A stretch of DNA of 48,667 bases, taken from positions 1 to 48,667 of the IMG/VR virus record IMGVR_UViG_3300044645_000674, one strand, 5' to 3'. Of this stretch, positions 33,001 to 39,221 are shown in pieces. How positions within the stretch are numbered: the stretch's first letter is position 1; every line of letters begins with the position of its first letter. The position numbers and the translations under genes were made by a program. The notes under the pieces are model-generated. The model was not told where the DNA came from and did no database searches. It was given only the letters and a program-made list of their open reading frames with translations. Origin of the DNA: a virus (taxonomy: Duplodnaviria; Caudoviricetes).

Positions 33001-33953
33001 ATGATGGTGTAATCTATGAGAACATAAAAGATCCAATGTTATCAACATCATATGGTGTATTTGAACCAGAACAAATATATATACTTGGTGGTAATAAAGA
33101 TCTAGAAGGTTTCAAGAAGTTTATGAGTGGAGATCTAGATGCAAAAAGTAATCTACCATATCTTCCAATGACTGAAGAACATATTGATCAAATTTTTAAG
33201 GGTACAAAAGTTATTACAAACCGGTCAAAAAGATTTGAGGATGGTAAATACATCATACCACAAAAAAAGATGGTTGATGTCAAGTACCTTGGTGAAGCTA
33301 AAGTAAACCCTAAAACAAACATAGTAACAATCACGAACGAAAAAACAGGACTTGTTACTACCAGAACCTTAGACCAGTTCGCTAAAGCAGAAGGCTTTAA
33401 AGACGCTGCTGATTTTAAGAAAAGATCTATACTATCCCAAAGTCTTATATCTGGAAAGACTACAAGATTTATCTATCAAGTTACTCCTATAGGTAATACT
33501 ACTGAAGTAGGAGTAAGAGATGATGCTAGAATTGTATCAGGTTCTATTTCCCCAGAAACTAATCCTGAAATCAATGAGTTCAATACATACTTAGAAGAAA
33601 ATAATAATGTTTTCCCTAAAGAGTTTAATGCATCTAATGGTAGAAGATACTTACTAAATAATAACAATCTTTATGATCTTGTAAGTCCTGACGGAAAAAC
33701 TATGTATCTTAGAAACATAGATCTAAGAACAGGAAAAGTGGAAGGTGTTCCAGAAGTTACTATACCTGTAACTGAAGAGAGAAAGAAACAATCTATTAGA
33801 GATATCAAAGAGATGATAAAACTAATGAGCCTTGATCTCCTAATGGCAGAAGATGGCTACAATATTTTCCAAATGATGGAAGACATCAACAATGCTACTA
33901 CAATGAACCAGGTCGAAAAGATTGAAGAAATAATTAGAAAATATACTTGCTAG
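21027..33953 (+). CDS. Virion-encapsidated DNA-dependent RNA polymerase of crAss-like type (two double-psi beta-barrels in one chain), 4308 aa, with fused zincin, P-loop kinase, ART-like and ASCH-like domains
   Basis: Catalytic DxDxD motif GGDFDVDK (DFDVD at 28797-28811), preceded by RIPVQGYNSM (28680). EADGQG (27318-27335) is a beta-like motif. HEAWH at 23736-23750, GTSGSGKST at 31500-31526, VYHGT at 32112-32126. Confidence 0.9.
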   Translation: MAITCTLGRDNIIKLLDAVYKKMLTTPEGETFNVDQYINYLYNGFEKTQGRDVALQYIQQVPYVIGSVEAQLGGDLKLNMPIEELREITRAFRNADTGLSAIEKYLGLAPLTAEELAAKANFKSNNPTGTDAAPKDPDAEIEDTALKSRTILSGTGQEFLTLDPSKKTKTTVERLDRDKSRIYNTISRIHRATFQFDTTLGNPVYQGQELTLVPIAMNKIPSNQLTDESADLYARMNSIIAQGTSDESVSKPSEVFFLVISDKQGNPLYFDNDGNITTKDKGKYVYQTLREVRKQSDGKYMVTNMYGKESKIITPKEEARLRAAEMGYPTPVDYKKGTGKTIEQFAQEIEAEQQREAKQLYELRQKLIKGEQFTLPVTGASQGVSNTFIKNLSLNELEVFYATETNGKTLTQLIAGNIQTLDTASYGFDRGETIIKLGTGIDMILKLDRADIQLDLATKIAEVLTSDSLTPTQKFDFYTQFYAKEIVDIPNKTRRHQVYFDKDTGVLTFEYFKFTAQEEKVQDIKVNPSKTLNLESVSEGTYKKIIEVLFEKGKTSLRSGEPYPAKFDYNQKLLDRGTYTDYENGEFVEKNYIDFLRQQTADIFMSKEGVPLFNAYIKFGLPDGISAEFTNIEKDAVDTRSEVRKFKDKMVEEVLFAEPKSITAEVVEVRETQYKDDLPTYTLDVKIDGQEGIHKFYLSSKAKVGDKIYLEVKDVVDNGFLFKDVVKGFTEIEGRIYDMGSLAERDFDANEPIREPIPVQTVTAARTAEEENVEDLERFGKTTTEEEAKSEDVNLTNPQDTAQPEDSSSISKLLDDFEFDRSAKLPNGVTAEQVKKAIEWWNNSPLSKYIKLFPAANIVNSDVYGKFVAAGARLITDMNLDLDGKMGAILINPTTGGTMVDAYHEAWHVFSQLFLTKEQKQALYDEVRKLKPEYANLTAREVEEMLAEDFRSYALNPKVIKNRPKRNTLFRKILNFLKKLFRIKPTTADLMRGEELATEGVAGELFQNLYFASKNPALLNNYTPLISNVVLDELNRGIEQVKNSTEDALNDMDSATVVESLDSLLGEVIDGAFKEKGALDASVSIITNENNKSKFFEFARRRFLDDIEKIKNELNLKPTIPFNSFKTIQNLEDNAIAIIRSSKGEHKYIFLRGQVEDFDNLNLDTKAGERIKGELYKGKIEIIGDYFSHKTIKAPNKNAADIIIVNSIEEAKAQFDAYKVDERSSFTDIEQYPERTVNAFEVDYDQAFLLDNLRILRQATDNWEKVIKYYTDKSAYNVMTRKVRIQETDPENDTTDEEALIDPTKSQKFDKGADVNLLEIADKEVVYILKSLFAATRNERGALVYEKNRLGYKKLANYKKVWNAIVRSTSGTKDPRLMYQRIVQAASTYPELQQLIESRLPNPQLVGHANTTGNVMRSFGITTSFWSVFSLPRVPYMQLTVFRNQYETFDWKGKPRISRSETEGVEVTNASTDIGNTIRKFEAHFAARLDSKFTKRDQDNVTVLNLDQVIQDFSDRSGNFKNGAEFQFLNAIGFNLDDLKKIKDELSDPNNLKRFGIEFIFRTIKDLNDANKAGSMSDAARRVYNNFIKNPISGLKKGIEPGVIGLRDSFLLKEGSKQSTQVDRIITLQNRYGSTASTFSVQNPERNRVNEHVSDSTLTVIADGINNPGIGVIDINQEAKQTDMYRFGTTTEHLDPAVNPFADSSIALKSMFMPDKTKRQGRSISVEMNAGTQTINTIISENGSLREGAVTGSNTTSLDKRGKFIQDIHTFLKTGRIELMRPGSKGSSFGWRLDGGIVTSAITKKDQHLYADIDSFLPNTAGEADVIEGIILPYLSSEVKRINIYNTTPEAKNYVGYNREFVDGKTFGQSFVYFDGILSKNLQNEILEKVKDPGVKLLDYLKTDPDLAKRIKAEIKAYFTTKTNELYNYLSKAKFVDKSLMDRLKLDNLNTEQKERILMRAFMYNYWIHNVETSILFLGDLAQYDHKKQELHKRISGLISNGPRIRTDIDAQTFSKILGETSYAASESITPIIYKGYAHTAIMKEVKRDSIYADTIRRGLTRDYERRYRTRNIPNKEALIKERVEKEVEKYTKAEIKEADGQGYITFDAYRLFKKLQNKWSDAQENLYQRIVAKEDISATEIIEMFPVYKLQNFGFVQGTVLPVTAMHKFALMPLIPSMIKGTDFELLHRQMMEQGVHYATFESGSKVGHVTSNGKEADDVFEDADQTTIKPNIKFTVNSIHAGFLKEAASVNSKFKGEVVFSTQLRKLILSGLYEQGKLINDAYAPIVNKYEDTVDFYTELLKYELLNEIEYNTDGKNLVGKPDKFLKLIRENLERKDYPEHLLRQLQTNVDGTLKGDLSYFIDRKTIEKTILSIVEKRFVRQYVNGEPLVQVASTFSNGLVTGGPRFQKPTAAERKKFLGTNNFPFYDVETVDLAAQFKGLSKEELKAELRGRKAVSYPTPAKAYILKNEIEYLEDVIAGKKPSQTTYDKPTSAMKIGIALQGDFVNLLNLKHIDGKPIETRARLNEMIKNEEWLDTDDNRQKITLTAVRIPVQGYNSMEFMEVYEFLDPAASNLIMLPTEIVAKSGGDFDVDKLTTFFPNIDKNGNLYKAPVDNKDFIAEANKIKDKEARKKFIQQQKLATQNQFISSIRSILELPESYASLVRPNDTYILKDLADRLKDDVSDYDKFTKHNGEVNMSGDKKVLSPTTTLEPLFNYSKHEENLVGKAVLGIGASENALSPLFDAAGGKMPLTYKATKYVNGRYVVDTDNPADYKMRLDLRHNKIGDQISLSDIYSADGVDKISDVYSQAMNGWVDIEKDEWIFYIQGNYEIAPTFLYLIKAGVPVKDAVYFVSQPMIREFAEQQRLIGGDYGAILGVAPSASEFTRFQSARDIVNKYTAKYLYAIMGNPLILPTDKFNVEFRPVDNYTEDPRKMMQDVTKAQLSREIAAGNINPLEIMRIYKVTDRQIDLYLAPDLRNTQYYNAAVFASSKADRVDGNFSVDTMEKIIDSKKSVNDLSPREIITEMAMFLHFYEIQKQLMGLSAMKRAGKSDTKTYGNFQEIYLAEVDVDALAENTKIDQEFKRRFLDESVVASLKDKSIITDVAAPMLDLVNNNITNRAIKNIIANRDISSFGVGTDGVIKFIDAYKDAIVTFLYQNYLSNSIDAKGNIISVPQEYRSEKVTNNKALESDVIYTQNGFTINLENIKRDYKDKVYLANSSANTAYKNRDGLKPFNVSEDPFDNEEQYIRYVLERAFQKSKGLTGLQLNQVALMNVYNPNALSKNSEYSYTKMVLDLIDEFPALKTEYPVLEQLSARATKDFYLLTLNDRDAIDGSTKSQYAANIRALGNPRIQKVKGDANNRISAIFSLLPKIAVYQHGHGTTPFGLEQVVPQETVLSATTDAGNLFKLNYWNADVLDLIFIKLISRDNNRKLFKNFLVNTPTQITSPSSVTVTPESTVDPEETTTAAKVPSYTQSTLIGKADVILPIGTSGSGKSTFINSLPQENLVVISPDEMRVEFTGDMNDKSKDKEIYTEAAKRAIQAVKDGKQVVFDTTNLTKDKRRPFIEALRKEIPNVNIQYKIMELNPELAKERIRAQLAKGENRANVSDETIDRHAASYPQMLIDIQAEGMTEYIDPNQFSTEPTEIAENPFVLNTIEDVYNSKPEYAAIGTLEQYKNYINSIFPNSTVKDIVYHGTYENFEEFQKEKRGSTTGLGTLIDKKRGLELNIDSANAFFFTNNKITATSYSLLGRQNYLEAIRNSIERIKRKSPRAQEAVNFLKTIPYFNNLIENAKKAGKSNDEILDILWGERNKVYKALKSGNAQGYTNNIQSILSSTESINKFLSEIERFRANDLTIENIHGNFTKYNWGNSNHIYNIFIQDGRYLFVDLNKKTVKTADRFYADEVDAERIKNFFESALAEDRREDEKRKANMKAAGFTENVVSAIVNLQNPFVHDYEGSAFPDKYKETNTPTEYVAARQVANAVENGHDGVIYENIKDPMLSTSYGVFEPEQIYILGGNKDLEGFKKFMSGDLDAKSNLPYLPMTEEHIDQIFKGTKVITNRSKRFEDGKYIIPQKKMVDVKYLGEAKVNPKTNIVTITNEKTGLVTTRTLDQFAKAEGFKDAADFKKRSILSQSLISGKTTRFIYQVTPIGNTTEVGVRDDARIVSGSISPETNPEINEFNTYLEENNNVFPKEFNASNGRRYLLNNNNLYDLVSPDGKTMYLRNIDLRTGKVEGVPEVTIPVTEERKKQSIRDIKEMIKLMSLDLLMAEDGYNIFQMMEDINNATTMNQVEKIEEIIRKYTC

Positions 33954-33955
33954 TC

Positions 33956-36900
33956 ATGTCAATTAAGAAGTGCATAAATAAGAACAGCCAGGAGTGGAAA
34001 GACCTTGTAAACAAGTTCAACGGTAATGAAGTACTAGCTGAAGAAGAATGGTATAGAGAAGGTTTTGGTGACCGTGATGATCTCAACTACTATCCTGAAG
34101 CTGATGAAGCTGATGTTGTAACAAATGCTGACAGAGCAAAAACATCTGTTGAAGATCTACTAGATGATGTAATTCTAAACTTAGAATCTAAACTTGCTGT
34201 ACTACAGAGAAAAAAAGTTAAGAACTATGAGAGAACTAAGAATGAAATCAAAAGGCTACTTGAACAAATTAGAGATGTAAAAGGTGTACAGGCTATTAAC
34301 CTGTTTGTAGATGATGTCTATGATAAAGCTGAAGTTGCAGAAAAGAAGTTCAGAGAATTTGTAAAGTCAATTAACCAACAGTCTGGTAAAGCAGCAATTG
34401 ATGAGCTCATTGCATTCTATGATTTTGCCAATAGATATGAACTACTTGATGAGATATCTAAACAAGATGTCTTTGAACATTTTACAAGTGATAAGAGTCC
34501 TGAAGAACAAGCTGCTGAAGGTATTAAATCTCCACAACAAAAACTTACATATGCTATCAGTGTAAGGAATCAGATTAGACAACAGGTATCACAATACGGG
34601 ATACCATTAATTGCAGACTGGTTAATGGGATATGCTTCTGAAGCAAGACAGAATCTTGGTGAAGAAGTACAAGCACTAGAAAAAGACATTGCAAGAGTAG
34701 AAGCTAACACTAAAGTATCTGATAAAGCTAAAGAAAAAGAACTAACTAGACTTAAAGATAGACTAGCTAAAGTAAAAAGCTTTAATGTAACTAAAGAAAG
34801 TTTAGTTAGATACCTCCGTGAGATATCTGAAGATATGTCAGGATTTGAATATCTAACTGGTGCTCTAAGTAGTGCTGCAGATCCTGTCCTATCAATCTTT
34901 GCTAAAGCTGTAAAGACTGAGATGGACACTGCAAGGGTTAAAAATATACAACTAGAACAAGAGGCTGCAAAAGTATTTGAAGAATATCTTGCTAGTGTTG
35001 GTGGTAATAGAGATAATCCTGCTGAGTTTAACAAGGGTCTCTATGAAACAATTAGAATACCAAAGAGAGATGCTGTTGGAAGAGTTATTAGAATCAATGG
35101 TGAAATACAGTATGAAGAGAGAGTATCCTTTGTACAAAAATATGACATGTCTAGATACTTTGCTGAGAGACAAAATCTTCCGCAAGCATTTATTCTATCT
35201 GATAATCCTACTAGAAATGAGTTAGAGGCATATAAACAAAGACAAAGAGAAAGAAGAGAATGGTTTAGAACAAACACTCAACCAAAATCAGCTAGTCAAA
35301 TTCAACAAATTCTCAATGAAAAACAAAGAGAACTTAACGCTAGGATTATTACTCAAGCTGAATATGATAAATGGTATGACTCTGTAGTATATACAGATCC
35401 TGTTACAGGTAATCCTGTTTATATGGGGGAACTCACTGAACCAAGTAACAAGTTCTTGAACACTGCCTGGTTAGAACTATATACTGAAGACGGCAAACCA
35501 AGGAACGCAAAAGGAAAATACCACAAGTGGTTAACCGATACATACTTGGAACAACAAGAGGGTCTACCAGAAGGTCAGAAACCAGGTTTACTTTTACCAT
35601 CAATCTACAAGACTAATGGTGAAAGAATGTTTGACAATCTAGGTAGAGCAATAAAAACTGGTATACAAGAGAAGTTTAATTTTATGGAGGGTGATACTCA
35701 GTTTGGTCCAGCAACTATTGCAGGTACCAAAGAAAAGTTCATCCCTGTACACTATACCTGGAGTATAAAACCAGAAGATGTGAGTTTGAACCTAATGAGA
35801 TCAGTGCTTATGTTTTCAAGTATGGCTAATAACTTCAAGGCCCTAAATGACATCCACTCTGAGGTAATACTATATAAGAAGATAATAGGTGAACGTGAGA
35901 TAGCTGAAGTAAATGCTCAGGGTGACCCACTATTAAATCCACTTGCAAAAAAACTTGGTATTGAAAGATATATTACTAAGGAAGGAGAAACTTATTCTGC
36001 AAAAAGAATTAATGACTTCATAGACATGATTGTCTATGGTGAGATGGATATGAGAGAAAGTGTAATTGGTTTATCTGCAACTAAACTTACTGGAACTCTA
36101 ATTGGATTCTCAGCACTCACAACTATTGCAGCAGATATAATGAAAGGTATTGCCAATAACTTACAAGGTAACATACAAGTAATTATTGAAGCAGCATCTT
36201 CAGAGTACTTTAGCCTCAGAAATCTTACACGTGGTAAAGCATACTATATGAAATCTATACCAGGTTTCTTAGGAGACTTTGGTAAGTTTACTGCAGAGAG
36301 TTTGGGTGGAAAACTATTTGATCTATATGACCCAATGCAGGGTGAATATATGGATCAGTACGGTAGAATGGTAACTGCTTCTGTAGCTAACAAACTATTT
36401 AGAGTAGATACTCTATTCTTCAACCAGCACTTTGGTGAACATGAAATTCAGGTATCTAACTTATTTGCAATGTTAGATGCAAACAAAGTAATAGATAATG
36501 AGACAGGTGAAGAGATATCAGTGCTTGATGCATATGAGAAATATGGTACAGAAGAGATCTACAATAAAACAGATTTTACTGATAAGAAGAGACAGAACAT
36601 AATGAATACCCTACATGCATTAAATAAAAGAATGCATGGTATCTATAATGATTTTGATAAAGCTACAGCTCAGAGATACAGCCTTGGTAAGCTTGCTTTC
36701 ATGTATAGAAAGTACCTGGTTCCAGCATATAAGAGAAGATTTAAAAATCTCGGATATGATGAAGAACTAGGAGGGCAAACAGAAGGTTACTATAGAACTT
36801 TCTGGAATCTGTACTTAAAGAACCTAGTTACTCTTAAGACAGACTTAATTAAAAATTGGGCAGACATGTCTCCATTTGAAAGAGCTCAGGTTAAGAGAGT

Positions 36901-37324
36901 AATTGCAGAAGCTACACTTATCATTGCACTTGCAGCACTAGTAATGGTACTCAAAGCTATGGTAGATGATGATGATGATGATCTTAAAAAGAACTGGGCT
37001 TACAACTTTGTACTATATGAAGCAATCAGAATGAGGAGTGAGACTTCTCAGTATGTACCAATTTATGGTATTCGTGATGCATATAGAACAGTTAAGTCAC
37101 CATCAGCAGCTACAGTTAGTATAGATAGAGCTCTTAAATTTGTAGATCAATTCTTTATTCAATCTTGGGATCCTGAAAAAGCAGTATACCAAAGAAGAAC
37201 TGGAGTATGGGAAAAAGGTGATAACAAGTCCTGGGCATACTTCTTAAGATTCATGGGTATTACAGGATACACATTAAGTCCTGAAGAAGCTATCAAATCA
37301 TTTGAAGGAGCACTAGCTAAATAA
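33956..37324 (+). CDS. Large virion cargo/ejection protein (about 1122 aa) with a C-terminal hydrophobic helix
   Basis: ATG 33956 lies 2 nt after the RNAP stop and is preferred over TTG 33947. Helical protein with a TM-like segment ATLIIALAALVMVLKAMV followed by DDDDDD; last gene of the cargo block. Confidence 0.75.
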   Translation: MSIKKCINKNSQEWKDLVNKFNGNEVLAEEEWYREGFGDRDDLNYYPEADEADVVTNADRAKTSVEDLLDDVILNLESKLAVLQRKKVKNYERTKNEIKRLLEQIRDVKGVQAINLFVDDVYDKAEVAEKKFREFVKSINQQSGKAAIDELIAFYDFANRYELLDEISKQDVFEHFTSDKSPEEQAAEGIKSPQQKLTYAISVRNQIRQQVSQYGIPLIADWLMGYASEARQNLGEEVQALEKDIARVEANTKVSDKAKEKELTRLKDRLAKVKSFNVTKESLVRYLREISEDMSGFEYLTGALSSAADPVLSIFAKAVKTEMDTARVKNIQLEQEAAKVFEEYLASVGGNRDNPAEFNKGLYETIRIPKRDAVGRVIRINGEIQYEERVSFVQKYDMSRYFAERQNLPQAFILSDNPTRNELEAYKQRQRERREWFRTNTQPKSASQIQQILNEKQRELNARIITQAEYDKWYDSVVYTDPVTGNPVYMGELTEPSNKFLNTAWLELYTEDGKPRNAKGKYHKWLTDTYLEQQEGLPEGQKPGLLLPSIYKTNGERMFDNLGRAIKTGIQEKFNFMEGDTQFGPATIAGTKEKFIPVHYTWSIKPEDVSLNLMRSVLMFSSMANNFKALNDIHSEVILYKKIIGEREIAEVNAQGDPLLNPLAKKLGIERYITKEGETYSAKRINDFIDMIVYGEMDMRESVIGLSATKLTGTLIGFSALTTIAADIMKGIANNLQGNIQVIIEAASSEYFSLRNLTRGKAYYMKSIPGFLGDFGKFTAESLGGKLFDLYDPMQGEYMDQYGRMVTASVANKLFRVDTLFFNQHFGEHEIQVSNLFAMLDANKVIDNETGEEISVLDAYEKYGTEEIYNKTDFTDKKRQNIMNTLHALNKRMHGIYNDFDKATAQRYSLGKLAFMYRKYLVPAYKRRFKNLGYDEELGGQTEGYYRTFWNLYLKNLVTLKTDLIKNWADMSPFERAQVKRVIAEATLIIALAALVMVLKAMVDDDDDDLKKNWAYNFVLYEAIRMRSETSQYVPIYGIRDAYRTVKSPSAATVSIDRALKFVDQFFIQSWDPEKAVYQRRTGVWEKGDNKSWAYFLRFMGITGYTLSPEEAIKSFEGALAK

Positions 37325-37355
37325 AAAAGGGGAGTCAATACTCCCCATCTTCTTT
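37323..37355. terminator. Intrinsic terminator at the convergence of the two blocks (probably bidirectional)
   Basis: Stem GGGGAGT(37329-35)-caat-ACTCCCC(37340-46). The A-run on the left gives a U-tract for - strand RNA; a weaker T-rich run lies on the right. Confidence 0.75.
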
Positions 37356-37586
37356 ATTGATAAATTCTACTGCTTCATTAGCATCTTTGAACTTAATTAT
37401 CTCAAACTTATTTTCATCAAAATTATATCTAACTACATATAATTTGGTGATTGCATTATGTAATACGCACTTTTTGCATATAATACACATGCCTTTATTA
37501 GATTTAATCTGATACTTTCTACGGTTAGGAGCATACTTAGATAAGGGCTTTTCTATTTTACACTCAAAGCACCTCAGAGTTTCCAT
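37335..37586 (-). CDS. Small zinc-finger protein (CxxC...CxxC)
   Basis: LRCFECKIEKPLSKY...CIICKKC resembles the Zn ribbon often found N-terminal to phage HNH/endonuclease VII proteins; no nuclease domain is visible. Confidence 0.55.
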   Translation of the reverse strand: METLRCFECKIEKPLSKYAPNRRKYQIKSNKGMCIICKKCVLHNAITKLYVVRYNFDENKFEIIKFKDANEAVEFINKEDGEY

Positions 37587-37971
37587 CTTCTATTTTAATG
37601 AACTTACTTAAGTCTGGTCTAAAATATCCAGGCCCTTTTAAGATTTTACCATCTTCACGGAGAACAGGTTTGCCATCATCTCCTAATTTGCTCATATTGC
37701 TGGCTTGTATTTCATTAAATACATCTTCTATAATATGTTGCATACCATGCTTAAGAATAGTCCCGCATAAGATATATAACTGATCACCTAATGCATCTGC
37801 TATTTCTACTAGTGAATTTTTATAACATGCTTCTAGATACTCATCATTTTCTTCTTTCATGAGAGAGTGTCTGAGATTAAACTCATGTTCTGATAACGGC
37901 TGTGGCCACTTACCATTTTCTTGTTTGAATGCATTGTGGAATGTCTCCACTGCTTTTAGTTGTTCTTTCAT
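37564..37971 (-). CDS. MazG-like / PRA-PH-family nucleoside triphosphate pyrophosphohydrolase (all-alpha dUTPase-like)
   Basis: LMKEENDEY...EIADALGDQLY...SNMSKLG...REDGKILKGPGYFRPDL matches the family signature. Confidence 0.85.
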   Translation of the reverse strand: MKEQLKAVETFHNAFKQENGKWPQPLSEHEFNLRHSLMKEENDEYLEACYKNSLVEIADALGDQLYILCGTILKHGMQHIIEDVFNEIQASNMSKLGDDGKPVLREDGKILKGPGYFRPDLSKFIKIEDGNSEVL

Positions 37972-37982
37972 AAAGTAAAGTT

Positions 37983-38016
37983 AAAAAAAAAGGGAGTGAC
38001 TAAAAAGTCACCCCCT
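37983..38016 (-). terminator. Intrinsic terminator downstream of the DUF932-like gene
   Basis: On the - strand: AGGGGGTGACT-tttt-AGTCACTCCCT (11-bp stem with one G:U pair), followed by a T8 tract. Confidence 0.8.
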
Positions 38017-38050
38017 CTCTTTTGTGTATTATTGTTCCCTTTTCAGGATC

Positions 38051-39220
38051 TTAGAAGAATGCTGAGTCATCATCTTCCTCATCTGAGAAATCAAATGCAA
38101 AGTCATCTTCAGTTTCTATTTGCTGTGTTTCAAACACTAAGTGATCTTCTGGTGTAGGTTCCAATGAAACTACTACAGGTTCAATAGACTCATCAATACC
38201 ATCCATGAACTCACTCTCAGCATCATGTGCTGCACAAGGACTTACCATAACTGACATCTTGGTATCTTTGTTAAGATCAATAGTGTCAAATACAGGTGCC
38301 TCAAAAGTATTACCCATAGGATCAGTATAACTTACTGTTTCCTCATATACTTGCTCTTCTGTTACTTCTTCTACCTCAGCTTCAACTTCAGCAATTTGAA
38401 CTAAGAGATTAGTCTGGTTTTCAGGCTGACCATAGTTATTCAATAACGGATCAATAACTCTTTCTTCTTCTTCATGCTCAACTTCTACTTCAACCGGAAC
38501 AGGCTTAGCAAAGTTATTTACACTAGAAATAAAATAGTGAAGCACTCTCTGATCCTCCATCCATGTCTTTGGATGAGAAGACTGTAGAGCAATAGTCACA
38601 TAGTTATAGAAAGCCCATAGACTACTAGTATCTTCAAATACATGTGAAGGTTTGTCCATCTGAGATCTTACTGTACTAGCTTGTTCAGTTGTAAGTATCT
38701 GATATTCAGCAAACAAGATACCAAGAAGTTGAGCTTGTTTTCTCTTGTTCATCTTGATTTCTTTCATTGCATTCTTATCATGTACTAACTGATCATAATA
38801 CATGTGAGCATTAGCAATCTGTTCTTTAATTGTAGCTATAGTCTCTTCATCTGCTGTGCCAGTATGTTTTCTGGCCCAGCTACCCATGTCACCACAGACC
38901 ATAGTGGTGCCTGTGTGGTTCACATATGCACCAACACCGCACTTAAATCTTACTTGTTTATTGTAACTGTTTGTCCAAGCAAACATCATAGACAACTCAG
39001 GATCATTCTGATACTGAAGTCTGTATATACCTTGTGCAATATTGCCATCTGCAGTAGCTCTGTACTCTTCAGATACAATTCCAAAACCAGCAGCTGCTAG
39101 TTCTGTGTATGCATAATCAATAACTGACTCATGGCTGATTACTGTATAAGAATCTCCATGATCTGGTAGTGGCACACTAATTAAGTGAGCCTTTCCGCAT
39201 TCTTTAATTTTCTTTGGCAT
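38051..39220 (-). CDS. DUF932-like protein with a long acidic C-terminal tail
   Basis: YTVISH...NSYNKQ..F..GVGAYV...RKHTG...SLWAFYNYVT pattern recalled from DUF932-type phage proteins; the last third is E/D-rich. Confidence 0.6.
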   Translation of the reverse strand: MPKKIKECGKAHLISVPLPDHGDSYTVISHESVIDYAYTELAAAGFGIVSEEYRATADGNIAQGIYRLQYQNDPELSMMFAWTNSYNKQVRFKCGVGAYVNHTGTTMVCGDMGSWARKHTGTADEETIATIKEQIANAHMYYDQLVHDKNAMKEIKMNKRKQAQLLGILFAEYQILTTEQASTVRSQMDKPSHVFEDTSSLWAFYNYVTIALQSSHPKTWMEDQRVLHYFISSVNNFAKPVPVEVEVEHEEEERVIDPLLNNYGQPENQTNLLVQIAEVEAEVEEVTEEQVYEETVSYTDPMGNTFEAPVFDTIDLNKDTKMSVMVSPCAAHDAESEFMDGIDESIEPVVVSLEPTPEDHLVFETQQIETEDDFAFDFSDEEDDDSAFF

Positions 39221-39221
39221 C

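Noticed and set aside
829-35277. Many short antisense or alternate-frame ORFs (60-154 aa) inside the giant + strand genes
   Set aside because: They are fully nested in long ORFs with coherent motifs, have the F/L/S/I-rich composition typical of shadow frames, and show no recognisable domains.
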